A stretch of DNA of 64,000 nt from an uncultured Actinomycetes bacterium (GTDB lineage: Bacteria; Actinomycetota; Acidimicrobiia; Spongiisociales; DATADW01), in assembly GCA_963824995.1 (NCBI GenBank), contig CAWGRK010000006.1, forward strand, positions 442,273 through 506,272. Direction: 5' to 3'. A program made the position numbers and the translations under genes. Below are positions 50,281 to 59,678 of this stretch, piece after piece (positions within the stretch are counted from its first letter, which is position 1; each line of letters opens with the position of its first letter). The notes below the pieces were generated by a model, which did no database searches, was not told the DNA's origin, and saw nothing but the letters and a program-made list of their open reading frames with translations.

Positions 50281-51551
50281 TCAGGGTGGGTCCGGTCCCG
50301 TGGTGTATTCGTGTCCCAGTGGACTGGTCCAGATGATGGTCCCGTTGGGTCCGGTTCGCATCCTCCACCCGGCCTCCTTGAGCCGGTGGTCGTGGCGGCA
50401 CGCCGGGTTGAGGTACTCCACCAGGGTGGGTCCCCCCTTGGAGTGGTCGACCACATGGTCGATGTCCGAGCGGGTGGCGGGCATGCGGCACCCGGGGAAG
50501 ACACAGGTGGGGTGACGGCGCCTCGACATACCTGCGTTGCGCGCCTGGTGGGTCTCCTCCTGGTGGTCCCGTCCCAGAGGACGGCACCACTGTCGGGGTG
50601 GGTGACCGCCACCCGCCACACCGAGCCCACCTGGGTGGCGGCCACCCGGCGGGCGATGTCGGCCACCACCGGCCCGTACCCCGGTATCTCCCCCGGGTTC
50701 TCCGACAACCGGGTGAGGGTGGCCAGGTCCACTCTGAGGTCGATGACACCTCTGCCGTCCGCAACCGTCCCCGCAGTCCAGGAGGTCCAAGAGGACGTCG
50801 CAACGCACCTGGTCGATGCTGCGGGGGTCGTCCTCTCCCTTGGCCACCCCGGCCAGGGAGTCCAAGCGGCCGAAGGCGGCGTTGGCCCGCTCGGGGGGCA
50901 AGGACCAGGCGATGAGGTTGGCGGTGCCGTCGGGGTTGGCCGACAGTTCCACCCTTCTTCCCTCCACTCCCCGCTGGTAGCGCTCCTGGGCTGCTGCGGG
51001 GTCGACGGTGAGCACCAGGCGGCGTGTCCGCGCTCCCAACTGGCCGGTGGTCTGCGAAGAAGCCCGCTCCAGACCACAGAGACCACCGCTTGGGCCTCCT
51101 CGTCGTCCAGGGTGGCCACCTCGCTGCACACCACCCGGGCCCGGGGGAGGTCGATCGACCCGGAGCGGAGCGCCGCGACCAGCTCGGGGAGCCTCTCCAG
51201 GTCCCGGGCCAGTTGCAGCAGCGACACCGCCGCTCTCCGGGTGAGACAGAGAGCGGCCCGGATCTCGTCGGCGGCGAACTCGTCGTCGTCGTCGGAGACC
51301 AGGTCGCTCGCCTCAGAAGAGGCGTCGGCCACCCGGGCCACCAGACCCAACAACTCGGCCTGCTGATGGGACACCTGGCGGGCGTGGGCGGCCATCACCA
51401 CCACCAGATCGAAACCGGGGAGGGAGTCCAGGTCGATCCCGGCCAGTACCCGGGCAAGCTCGGGACCGGGGGGCATCTCCTCGAGACCGTCGGGGAGGAG
51501 CGAGGGTGGCGGTGGTGGCCACAGCTCCGAGATCACTTCCCCTGCCAGCAT
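50281..51551 (-). CDS. DUF222 (REP13E12-like) HNH endonuclease domain protein (frameshifts ~51065, ~50765, ~50530)
   Basis: FAADEIRAALCLTRRAA, GSIDLPRARV, GEIPGYGPV, CVFPGC..DIDH..GGPT...L.PACRHDHRLK..W, WTSPLGHEY. Confidence 0.88.
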
Positions 51552-51588
51552 GATCACTCCAATGGTTCACGGTGGGGAAGTAGGTCAC

Positions 51589-51612
51589 AACCTATCAGCG
51601 GGGTGTGACAAA
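51589..51612 (-). promoter_or_regulatory. RecA-NDp/PafBC-type DNA-damage promoter, containing direct repeat copy 2
   Basis: Minus strand TTGTCACAC-N8-TAGGTT matches the spacing of tTGTCRgtg-N8-TAnnnT. Confidence 0.6.
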
Positions 51613-51615
51613 CTG

Positions 51616-51631
51616 GCGAACACATGTTCGA
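51616..51631. promoter_or_regulatory. LexA (SOS) box
   Basis: GCGAAC-ACAT-GTTCGA matches the actinobacterial consensus TCGAAC-N4-GTTCGA except at the first base. Confidence 0.8.
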
Positions 51632-51646
51632 CTCTGCCCGAGCGGC

Positions 51647-52123
51647 TCAGGGACGCTGCTTGATCCCCCGCTCGAGAAGGCTGACCACCTCGACGATTCG
51701 ATCGGCCCTCAACTCGGGTCGTCGCTTTGTCGAGTCGATCCAACGCAGATAGGCATTTCGGTAGAACTGCGCCAGCGAATCGAAGAACGCACCTGCCTCA
51801 GGTGAATCGTCGAGAGCCGCCTGGATGTCGGCGGCCAATCCATCTCGCTGGGGCCCTTCTGGGAACAGCGTCACCTCGACTAGGTCACCGGGGCCGATGC
51901 CACAGTCCCGCCGCCATGCCGGGCCGAGTGCGACGCCAAGCCCCTCTCCGAGCGGTTCGACCACTCCCCGATACCCCATCCCACCGATCGTCCCAGCAAC
52001 ATGGTGTCTCGGCTTCTTCCCCCACACCTCGTCCGGATCGAACGGCACGGGAACCATCACCCGTCCACTGTTGTCGGTGGTCACCTCGGTCGGATACGAC
52101 CTGACATTCAGTGAGTCGGGCAT
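51647..52123 (-). CDS. DUF1905 + YdeI/OmpD-associated (OmdA) protein
   Basis: VPFDPDEVWG, LGPAWRRDCG, FFDSLAQFYRNAYLRWIDSTKRRPELRADRI. Confidence 0.85.
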   Translation of the reverse strand: MPDSLNVRSYPTEVTTDNSGRVMVPVPFDPDEVWGKKPRHHVAGTIGGMGYRGVVEPLGEGLGVALGPAWRRDCGIGPGDLVEVTLFPEGPQRDGLAADIQAALDDSPEAGAFFDSLAQFYRNAYLRWIDSTKRRPELRADRIVEVVSLLERGIKQRP

Positions 52124-52147
52124 CCAGGCATCGTTGCACTCATTCGG

Positions 52148-53100
52148 TTACGGAGCGCTGTTGCGGAGGACGGATCGGACCTCGGGCACCGGATATGCGA
52201 TAACTTCCGACAGCACCGCCTCCCCCACCATCGGCTCCACACCGGACCACAAGGCACCGTCCCACCACCGGAACTCGCCGACCCAGGTCACTTGGACACC
52301 GAATGGGTAACCCTCGGCCAGGCCGGCGTCGTCGTGGCTGGTCTCATAGGTGTGCCTGGCGGGCGGGTCTCCCTCCGAACCCGCAGCAACGGGGGCATCC
52401 TCGAATTGATACGCAACCGATCCGCCGACGGCGCCATCGCCGAAGTCCCACTGATAGGTGGTGATCCAAGCCCACGCTTCTACCCCTATGGACAAACCGG
52501 TTAGCTCGTCAATGACCTCGAACCCGAATGGGTCGATCTGGGTATCACCCTCGTACCAAGCCCACGTTTCCAAGCCTGTGAGACCCCGAACGTGCGGGCT
52601 CTTCGACAATTCGGTTTGCGGGATCAACTCGGCGACCCGACCCCACACGTCTGCAGCCCACGTCTCGGAGACACACGTGTCATCGTGGACGAAACCATCC
52701 AACCCAAATGTGGCACCTGGAGGCCCACCGGGAACTGGTGCACCTGGGCCGGAGAACCGGGGAAGTGCAGAACGTTGACACGTTGACCCGCCCAGGCACC
52801 TTCGACCCAGTAGAGAAGCTCGAATTGCCAAGGGTCGGACGCCTTCGACATCCGGACAATCGCACACAAGATCCCACGACCCCAGTTCATGGTCCGTCCG
52901 ACATACTCGTCGAGATCCTCCGGATCTCCTGTCCTGGTCGTCTCGGTCTTGCATCCAGCTCGACTTCGGAAGCGAGCGTGCAAATGGATCGATGAGCCTC
53001 GGTCCGAGTTCAGATGGTCACCGCTTCGACGAAGTTGTCAACCAAGATCAGCCGGCATAGCGATCAGACCAACTGAGCTCATGGTTCGAAACTGGCTACC
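52148..53100 (-). CDS. secreted PKD-like domain protein (5' half disrupted, start unresolved)
   Basis: SPHVRGLTGLETWAW, YQWDFGDG, HTYETS, VQVTWVGEF, YPVPEVRSVL. Confidence 0.6.
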
Positions 53101-53109
53101 TCCAAATCC

Positions 53110-53751
53110 CAAACGAGCCACCGCCGTCATGCAACCGTCGGAAATCGATGTCGAAGTCCCGTGATCGCCAGCCAGGCAGACTCGTCAATCACTTCGCCAT
53201 CGCTGATTCCGAGCTACGCCACCTGGGACGTCGTAGCACAATCACGACGACCCTGCCGTCGTCGAGTTCATCGAGTTCGCTCAGCGACCCAAGCAGAAGG
53301 CTCGCCAGGGCCGGAGTGCGAAATCGTCACACCCTCTCGCACGAGATTCGCGCAGCCTCCGCGCTCGCGTGTCGCTGAACCGCGGCCCATCTGGGTGATA
53401 GACGGCTTCGAGAGTCTCTCGATCGTCGGTGGGGTTCTCGCCCAGCCAATCCTCGTAGCGGCTGAACTGGCGGAAGATCCGTTCCCATTCCTCGATGACG
53501 AATGTGTCCGATCGGGGGCGCATGTTCACTCGGGGAGGGCCGGCCTCCACCGGTACGGTCGTCGTCGGTTCCGCCGTGGTGGTGGGTGGGGCGACTGTCG
53601 TGGATGGTTGCGTCGCCGTGGTGGAGGGGACCGAGTCAGTGGTCGTCGGTGGGGAAGAGGTTGTCGGCGGTGGGGCGGTGGTGGTCGAGGCAGCGGGCGA
53701 AGAACATGCCACCACCGTCAGAGCCAACACCGCTAGCAAGGACCTTCTCAC
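53110..53751 (-). CDS. Thr-rich lipoprotein (3' part frameshifted, end approximate)
   Basis: MRRSLLAVLALTVVAC lipobox, poly-Thr/Pro linker, YEDWLGENP..LEAVYHPDGP. Confidence 0.6.
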
Positions 53752-53862
53752 CTTACGAGCGACCGTATCACTCGACGTTGTTCACCGCTACGGAGCCGTA
53801 CGTCGAGATTTCCCGAACCCGACGATGCCGAACTCCCGACGTCTTGGCGACGTCTTCTGATT

Positions 53863-54768
53863 GTGAACCCGCCCAGGCTGGCAGTCATCACTCTGACGGC
53901 TCTGATTGTGGCGTGCAACGCACCTCTCCCGCCCGAGGCGGCCCGACCGCTCCAGACGACGACCGTGGCACGGGACACAACCACCACCTCCACCGAGCCG
54001 AGCACGACTACCGCCGCCAGCCCAACGACAACACGCCCAAGACCAACGACAACGACGACCTCGGAGTTCGCCGCGCCTGATTGGCTCGGGACGAGAGTCC
54101 TGGAGATCGGCCCTAACGGCTACGGCCTGCCCCAGCCGACCCCGCCGGAGTTGGTCGATCGACGGATCGCGACCGAGGACAGGCTCGACCCGCCCAAGGA
54201 CGATCGGTTTATCGGGACCGTCGAGGCGGTGCCCTCAGGCGTTGCTCGCCGGTCGACCTGGAGGGAGGGCTGCCCGGTCCCGCTCGATGGGTTGCGTTAC
54301 CTCACCATCTCCTTCTGGGGGTTCGACGAGCGATTCCATACCGGTGAGTTGATTGTCCATGAGTCAGCCGCCGACGGCATGGTCGAGGTGTTCAGAACGC
54401 TCCACGAGATCAGGTTTCCGATCGAGGAAATGCGGATCGCCAGTCTCCGCGACCTGGACCGACCCCGCACCGGTGACAACAACGAGACGAGCTCGTTCGA
54501 ATGCCGGGCCGCAACAGGGTCGACCGGTTGGTCGATGCACGCCTACGGACTGGCCATCGACGTCAACACTTTCCACAACCCATACGTCAAGGGCGAACTC
54601 GTGCTGCCGGAGCTCGCCAGCGCCTACCTCGATAGAGAAGATGTCCGGCCGGGGATGATCCTCGCCGGCGACGAGGTCGTTGACGCATTCGCCGCCATGG
54701 GATGGGAATGGGGCGGCGAGTGGAACACCCTCAAGGACTACATGCACTTCTCCAGCAACGGTCGTTAG
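53863..54768 (+). CDS. M15 family D-Ala-D-Ala carboxypeptidase-like lipoprotein
   Basis: LIVAC lipobox, STWREGCPV, WSMHAYGLAIDVN..NPY, WGGEW..KDYMHFS. Confidence 0.9.
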   Translation: MNPPRLAVITLTALIVACNAPLPPEAARPLQTTTVARDTTTTSTEPSTTTAASPTTTRPRPTTTTTSEFAAPDWLGTRVLEIGPNGYGLPQPTPPELVDRRIATEDRLDPPKDDRFIGTVEAVPSGVARRSTWREGCPVPLDGLRYLTISFWGFDERFHTGELIVHESAADGMVEVFRTLHEIRFPIEEMRIASLRDLDRPRTGDNNETSSFECRAATGSTGWSMHAYGLAIDVNTFHNPYVKGELVLPELASAYLDREDVRPGMILAGDEVVDAFAAMGWEWGGEWNTLKDYMHFSSNGR

Positions 54769-54913
54769 ACCCCCGGCGCTACCAGTGCGGTTTGGGCATC
54801 TGACCAGGGAAAGCTTCAGGGCAGCGGTCTCGGCGTGGCCGGGCGCCGCGAAAGTCGACCTCGCATCCATCGAGGGCGTGCGAGCATCGAGGCCCGCAGA
54901 GGAGGGTGTTGAG

Positions 54914-55972
54914 ATGGTGCATTCCAGTGGCCGGGCCGAGTCCAGCGGATCTGGTCACGACCAAGACCGGCTCGGCGAGCTGGTCGATGGGATCGCCGCC
55001 GACGTGGGCCTGTCGGGTCTGATCCGGGTCGACCTCGATGGCAGCCTCGCCGTGCAACGGGCGTACGGCCTGGCGCACCGTGGTCTCGGCGTCCCGACGA
55101 CGGTCGACACGCAGTTCGCGATCGCCAGCGGCTCGAAGGGTCTCACCGCGCTGGCGGTGATGAGCCTCGTCGAGCGTGGCGAGCTCGGCTTGGACACGAC
55201 GGCCCGGTCGGTGCTCGGCACCGACCTGCCGCTGATCGACGACCGGGTCACCGTCGAGCAGCTCCTCGCCCACCGATCGGGAATCGGTGACTACCTCGAC
55301 GAGGACGAGGTGGCCGACAACAACGACTACGTGCTGACCGTGCCGGTCCACGAGCTGGCGACGACCGAGCAGTTCCTCGCCGTGTTGGACGGTCACCCGA
55401 TGAAGTACGAGCCCGGCGAGCGGTTCAACTACTGCAACGGCGGCTACATGGTGCTGGCGTTGCTCGCCGAGCGGGCATCAGGTGTCCCGTTCCATGATCT
55501 CGTCGACCAGCGCGTGTGCCGGCCGGCCGGCATGACCGACACGTCGTTCCTGCGATCCGACGAGCTGCCCGGCCGCGCCGCGCTCGGCTACCTCGACGAC
55601 GAGGGGTTGCGCACCAACGTCCTGCACCTCCCGGTGCGCGGCAACGGCGACGGCGGGATCTACACCACGGCTGCGGACGTCCACGCCCTGTGGGACGCCC
55701 TGTTCGCCGGGCGGATCGTCTCCACGGACACCGTTGCGGAGATGGTGCGCTCACGCAGCGAAGTGCCGGAGATGTCGATGAGTTACGGGCTCGGCTTCTG
55801 GCTCGACGACGCAGCGGACACGGTGTCGATGATCGGCGGCGACGCCGGCGTCGGTTTCGTCTCCACCCACCACCGCGATGACCGGTTCACCTCCACCGTG
55901 ATGTGCAACCAGACCCGGGGGGCATGGCCGGTCAGTCAACGCCTCAAGCAACTGCTCGTGCCATCGACCTGA
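54914..55972 (+). CDS. serine hydrolase, beta-lactamase class C-like family
   Basis: IASGSK (SxxK), LLAHRSG, FNYCNGGY (YxN), GDGGIYTT. Confidence 0.88.
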   Translation: MVHSSGRAESSGSGHDQDRLGELVDGIAADVGLSGLIRVDLDGSLAVQRAYGLAHRGLGVPTTVDTQFAIASGSKGLTALAVMSLVERGELGLDTTARSVLGTDLPLIDDRVTVEQLLAHRSGIGDYLDEDEVADNNDYVLTVPVHELATTEQFLAVLDGHPMKYEPGERFNYCNGGYMVLALLAERASGVPFHDLVDQRVCRPAGMTDTSFLRSDELPGRAALGYLDDEGLRTNVLHLPVRGNGDGGIYTTAADVHALWDALFAGRIVSTDTVAEMVRSRSEVPEMSMSYGLGFWLDDAADTVSMIGGDAGVGFVSTHHRDDRFTSTVMCNQTRGAWPVSQRLKQLLVPST

Positions 55973-56058
55973 CGACCAAAGCACGATGGGTTGCAGCCCC
56001 GAACCCGAACGTCACGGTGGTGACTGACTTCAACTCGTCGTGGTTGTCGGCCGCCGGT

Positions 56059-56622
56059 TCAACGATGCCGGCGGTACCGCAGTTCGACGATCCCGTTGCT
56101 GGAGGCGGTGGTGGAGACCAGGTCGAGCCGGTAGGACTTGGGGTCGCCGTCGAACAGCCGGGTTCCCTCGCCCGCAATGTAGGGGAACAAGGACAGGTGG
56201 ATCTCGTCGATCAAGTCGAGGCGCATGAGCGACCGCCAAAGGCTGACGCCGCCCCAGACCACGATATGGCCGTCGCCACCTCGCCTGAGCTTGTCGATCT
56301 CTTCTGTCGTGTCACCGGCGGCGATGGTGGTGTTGGCCCAGTCGGCCGTCTTCAGGGTCTGGGAGAAGACGACCTTGCGCGCCGCGTTCAAGATGGGGGA
56401 AAACGGGTGGTCGGTGGACGTTGTCATGGACCCGGCAATGCCCTCATAGGCGGTGCGGCCCATGATGTGCGCGTAGGCGCTCTGAATGAATTCGAGGTGC
56501 GCCGGGTCGTCGGGCTCACGGTTTTCGGGCAGGTCGAAGCAGAACTTCCAAAACTCGGTGCCCTCGTCGGCGAGAAGGCCGTCGAGCGAGTAGTTGAACA
56601 CCGTCGCTATCAGCTTCCGCAT
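56059..56622 (-). CDS. dihydrofolate reductase/RibD C-terminal family protein
   Basis: MRKLIATVFNYSLDG, MGRTAYE, KVVFSQTL, VWGGVSL, IAGEGTRLF. Confidence 0.88.
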   Translation of the reverse strand: MRKLIATVFNYSLDGLLADEGTEFWKFCFDLPENREPDDPAHLEFIQSAYAHIMGRTAYEGIAGSMTTSTDHPFSPILNAARKVVFSQTLKTADWANTTIAAGDTTEEIDKLRRGGDGHIVVWGGVSLWRSLMRLDLIDEIHLSLFPYIAGEGTRLFDGDPKSYRLDLVSTTASSNGIVELRYRRHR

Positions 56623-56765
56623 GATCAGAGCTCCAACGTCTCGGGTCGGGGCCACCGTGTTGCTGGGACCTTTGCCTCTCCCAGGTCCGGTGGTGTGCCT
56701 CTCGGTGAACGCTTTAGACGTCATTGCCACCCGAAAGTCATCGGTGCACGGTCAACAGGCCGGTT

Positions 56766-56784
56766 GCGCGGTCAGGGACCGCGC
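56766..56784. terminator. GC-rich hairpin, possible terminator
   Basis: GCGCGGTC-AGG-GACCGCGC perfect 8-bp stem between genes; no U-tract. Confidence 0.4.
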
Positions 56785-57029
56785 CCCTGCATTGACGCCT
56801 GACAGCACGCCCCGAGCGCAAACCCCGGGACGGCGGGATTCCGGTCGAAGCCAATCGGCAGGTTTGTGAAACAGGTCAGACGGACCGGGAATCAGAACGT
56901 ACCCGCGCTTGAATCCCACGGCCGACAGGGAAACCAACTAGTCGTCGCCTACGGGGACCTCTTGTCTATCGCCACGGGAACCGAAGCCCTCATCGCCCTC
57001 GACGTCGTGGGTCTCGTCCAGAGTGGCGG

Positions 57030-57401
57030 TCACATCACCGTATGTCGCCTGTCTCCCACGGCCAAGGTGTCGCCAGCGGTAGCAGCCGTGGTTGACACCA
57101 CGGTGGTTGCTGGCGGCACGGTGGATTCCGGAGTGGTTTCTGCTGCAGTGGTCGTCTCAGACACGTCTTCGGGTGCCGTCGTGCCTGTTGGACCGACCGT
57201 GGTGGCCGATTCAGGTGACGTCGTTTCGGAACCCTGTCCCACTGTGGTTCCGGTACCCGTATCGGGCTCTCCGCCGTCCCTCATCACCAGCCACACCACC
57301 AATAGCACAAGGGCAATCACCGCCAGAACGATGAACCAGGGGCGGTTCCAGATCCGTGGCTCCGGCGGGGGTGTCGTAGGTTCCATTCCGGACTCAGTCA
57401 T
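57030..57401 (-). CDS. single-pass membrane protein with Thr-rich tail (3' end probably frameshifted or truncated)
   Basis: AAGGAGG RBS; WNRPWFIVLAVIALVLLVVWLV TM helix followed by ETT repeats. Confidence 0.6.
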   Translation of the reverse strand: MTESGMEPTTPPPEPRIWNRPWFIVLAVIALVLLVVWLVMRDGGEPDTGTGTTVGQGSETTSPESATTVGPTGTTAPEDVSETTTAAETTPESTVPPATTVVSTTAATAGDTLAVGDRRHTVM

Positions 57402-57519
57402 AGGACCCTCCTTAGATGCCTGACCAATCCCTCGTCGAGACTACGCAATCGAACGGCGCCAACCCAGCCAGTAGCAAATCCGCCGGCCCGCGGCCGCGGT
57501 CCGCGTCACACTGACCGCG

Positions 57520-58236
57520 ATGGGTTCGCTCATGTGGGGAAAGGACATCGCCGAGATCTACGACGAGACCTCGGCTGCGGAGTTCTCGCCGTCGGTCCTC
57601 GAACCGATCGTTGACTTCCTCGCCGATCTGGCCGGAGTGGGTCCTGCTCTGGAGTTCGCCGTTGGGACCGGACGCGTGGCATTGCCGCTGAGTAAACGAG
57701 GAATCGCGGTACACGGCATTGAGCTATCCCCGCACATGGCGGCGCAGCTACTCACCAAGGAAGGCGCTGAGGCGGTGCCGGTGACCATTGGTGACATGAC
57801 GACCACCCATGTACCCGGCACGTTCAGGCTCGTCTACTTGGTGTGGAACACGATCATGAACGTGACCACGCAGGAAGAGCAGATCGCCGTCTTTACCAAT
57901 GCAGCCGCCCACCTAGGGACGGGCGGGTGCTTCGTGGTCGAAGTGGGCGTCCCTCAGCCCAGCAAGGTCCCGAGCGTCTTCGCCCTCGAGCCCGGCCATG
58001 TCGGGGTCGACACGTATGACGACCTGGTCGGGCAGATCATGTCGTCGCACCACTGGGTCGAGGAGGGAGGTCACCTGGTGCGCCACTCCGCCCCGTACCG
58101 CTACGTATGGCCATCCGAGCTCGACCTGATGGCGAAGCTGGCCGGCCTCCGGCTGCGGGAGCGTTGGGCGGGATGGGACCGCGCACCGTTCACCTCGGAG
58201 AGCACGACCCAGGTCGTCGTATACGAGAAGGCTTGA
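57520..58236 (+). CDS. class I SAM-dependent methyltransferase
   Basis: ALEFAVGTGRVALPL, GIELSPHM, VYLVWNTIMN, RYVWPSELDLMA. Confidence 0.9.
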   Translation: MGSLMWGKDIAEIYDETSAAEFSPSVLEPIVDFLADLAGVGPALEFAVGTGRVALPLSKRGIAVHGIELSPHMAAQLLTKEGAEAVPVTIGDMTTTHVPGTFRLVYLVWNTIMNVTTQEEQIAVFTNAAAHLGTGGCFVVEVGVPQPSKVPSVFALEPGHVGVDTYDDLVGQIMSSHHWVEEGGHLVRHSAPYRYVWPSELDLMAKLAGLRLRERWAGWDRAPFTSESTTQVVVYEKA

Positions 58237-58239
58237 TAA

Positions 58240-58776
58240 TCAACCTGCAGCCATCTCCGCCAGCTTGAGGACGGTCCGCCAGTTGCGGGCGGTCCCCGTC
58301 ACCCCGGCAGGGTCCTTGGCCATGGCGGCAGCCAGCGGGCTCCTCCCGAAGCCGTCGGGAGTGTTGAGGTAGAGCTCCTTCCCCACGGCCTTCACCTCGT
58401 CGGAGCCGATAGCTGACGCGGCCAACTTCTTCACCGCGGCAGCGCTCGCTGCCTTCTCGAGGAAGACGACGTGGAGAAGGCGCGGGTCGGAAGGTTCGGG
58501 GAACGGGTTGGCGGAGATCGCCGCGTCCAGCTGCTTGCGAGTCCGCACGATCACCGGGACCGCGAACCCGAAGCGGTCCTCGATCAGCTTCTCCAGTTCG
58601 GTGCGCAGAGCCGCGGCCGACTTCCCGCTGTCGAGGACGAGGTTGCCGCTCTGGATGTAGGTGGCCACATCCTCGAACCCGGCCTCGGACAGCGTTTCGC
58701 GCAGTGCGGGCATCGCCACCTTGCGGCGTCCCGCCAGGTTGATGCCACGCAGCAGAGCGATGTAGGTGGTCGCCAT
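58240..58776 (-). CDS. DUF1697 family protein
   Basis: YIALLRGINLAG, VATYIQSGNL, TARNWRTVLKL. Confidence 0.92.
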   Translation of the reverse strand: MATTYIALLRGINLAGRRKVAMPALRETLSEAGFEDVATYIQSGNLVLDSGKSAAALRTELEKLIEDRFGFAVPVIVRTRKQLDAAISANPFPEPSDPRLLHVVFLEKAASAAAVKKLAASAIGSDEVKAVGKELYLNTPDGFGRSPLAAAMAKDPAGVTGTARNWRTVLKLAEMAAG

Positions 58777-58851
58777 CACCAACCCTGTCCGATGATTCGC
58801 CTCCTCGGGCACAGTCTTAGGCTCTCAACGTAGACGGAAGGGAGACTCGAA

Positions 58852-59409
58852 ATGGCGAATCTGATGTACACGACGAACACAACGCTGGATGGCTACATCG
58901 AGGACGAGTCCGGCGGGTTCGACTGGTCTGAGCCCGACGAAGAGGTCCACCGCTTCATCAACGAACTAATGAGCAGCACGGGAACCCATCTGTACGGCCG
59001 CCGTCTCTACGAAGTCATGTCGGTGTGGGAGACCATGGACACGGTTCCGGGGCAGCAGCCCTACGAGGCTGAATTTGCCCGCATCTGGCAGGCCGCGGAG
59101 AAGGTCGTCTACTCGCGCACGCTCGAAACGGCCTCAACCGCCAACACCAGGATCGAGCGGGAGTTCGACCCCGAGGCTGTGCGCCAGATCAAACAAGAAG
59201 CGTCCTCGGACCTCTTCATCGGTGGCGCTGCGCTGGCCGGCGACGCGCTCAGAGGCGGGCTTGTCGACGAGATCCACCTTTTCGTGGGACCCATTCTGGT
59301 GGGAGGGGGCAAGAAGGCCCTCCCGGACCGGTTCCGACAGAGACTCGAACTGGCAGACGAGCGTCGCTTCAGTTCCGGGACGGTCTACCTCCGCTACCGC
59401 ACGGTCTAG
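58852..59409 (+). CDS. dihydrofolate reductase/RibD C-terminal family protein
   Basis: TLDGYIED, LYGRRLYEVM..WE, KVVYSRTL, GLVDEIHL, GGGKKALP. Confidence 0.9.
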   Translation: MANLMYTTNTTLDGYIEDESGGFDWSEPDEEVHRFINELMSSTGTHLYGRRLYEVMSVWETMDTVPGQQPYEAEFARIWQAAEKVVYSRTLETASTANTRIEREFDPEAVRQIKQEASSDLFIGGAALAGDALRGGLVDEIHLFVGPILVGGGKKALPDRFRQRLELADERRFSSGTVYLRYRTV

Positions 59410-59678
59410 CCACGGATCTCGAACGACGAGAGCGCGGGGTCGGTGGCCGTCGGTTCCACCGCCACCGATCGCACCAGCGCCCCCGGCGGGCCTGACGCCA
59501 GCCACTCTGCAAGCTCGTCGACGGCCGCGGGTTCACCCTGTGCCACCACGTCCACCGCCCCGTCCCATCGGTTGCACACCCATCCGGTGACCCCGAGCCG
59601 GCGGGCGGCCCGACAGGTGGCCACGCGGAAACCGACCCCCTGCACGTGACCGGTGACAATCGCTCTTATCGCCTTCAC
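59406..59678 (-). CDS. acyP: acylphosphatase
   Basis: VTGHVQGVGFR, GWVCN..DGAV, GPPGALV, SFEIR; GTGA overlap with mutM. Confidence 0.92.
   Translation of the reverse strand: MKAIRAIVTGHVQGVGFRVATCRAARRLGVTGWVCNRWDGAVDVVAQGEPAAVDELAEWLASGPPGALVRSVAVEPTATDPALSSFEIRG

Noticed and set aside
53325..53338. Third GGGTGTGAC-like motif on the minus strand
   Set aside because: Partial match, opposite orientation, inside a coding region
54914..56622. Antibiotic-resistance genes (beta-lactamase, DHFR)
   Set aside because: Generic serine-hydrolase and RibD-C families; nothing here supports a resistance function
44750..59400. Prophage or integrative element
   Set aside because: No integrase, transposase, tRNA, terminal att repeats or phage structural genes seen
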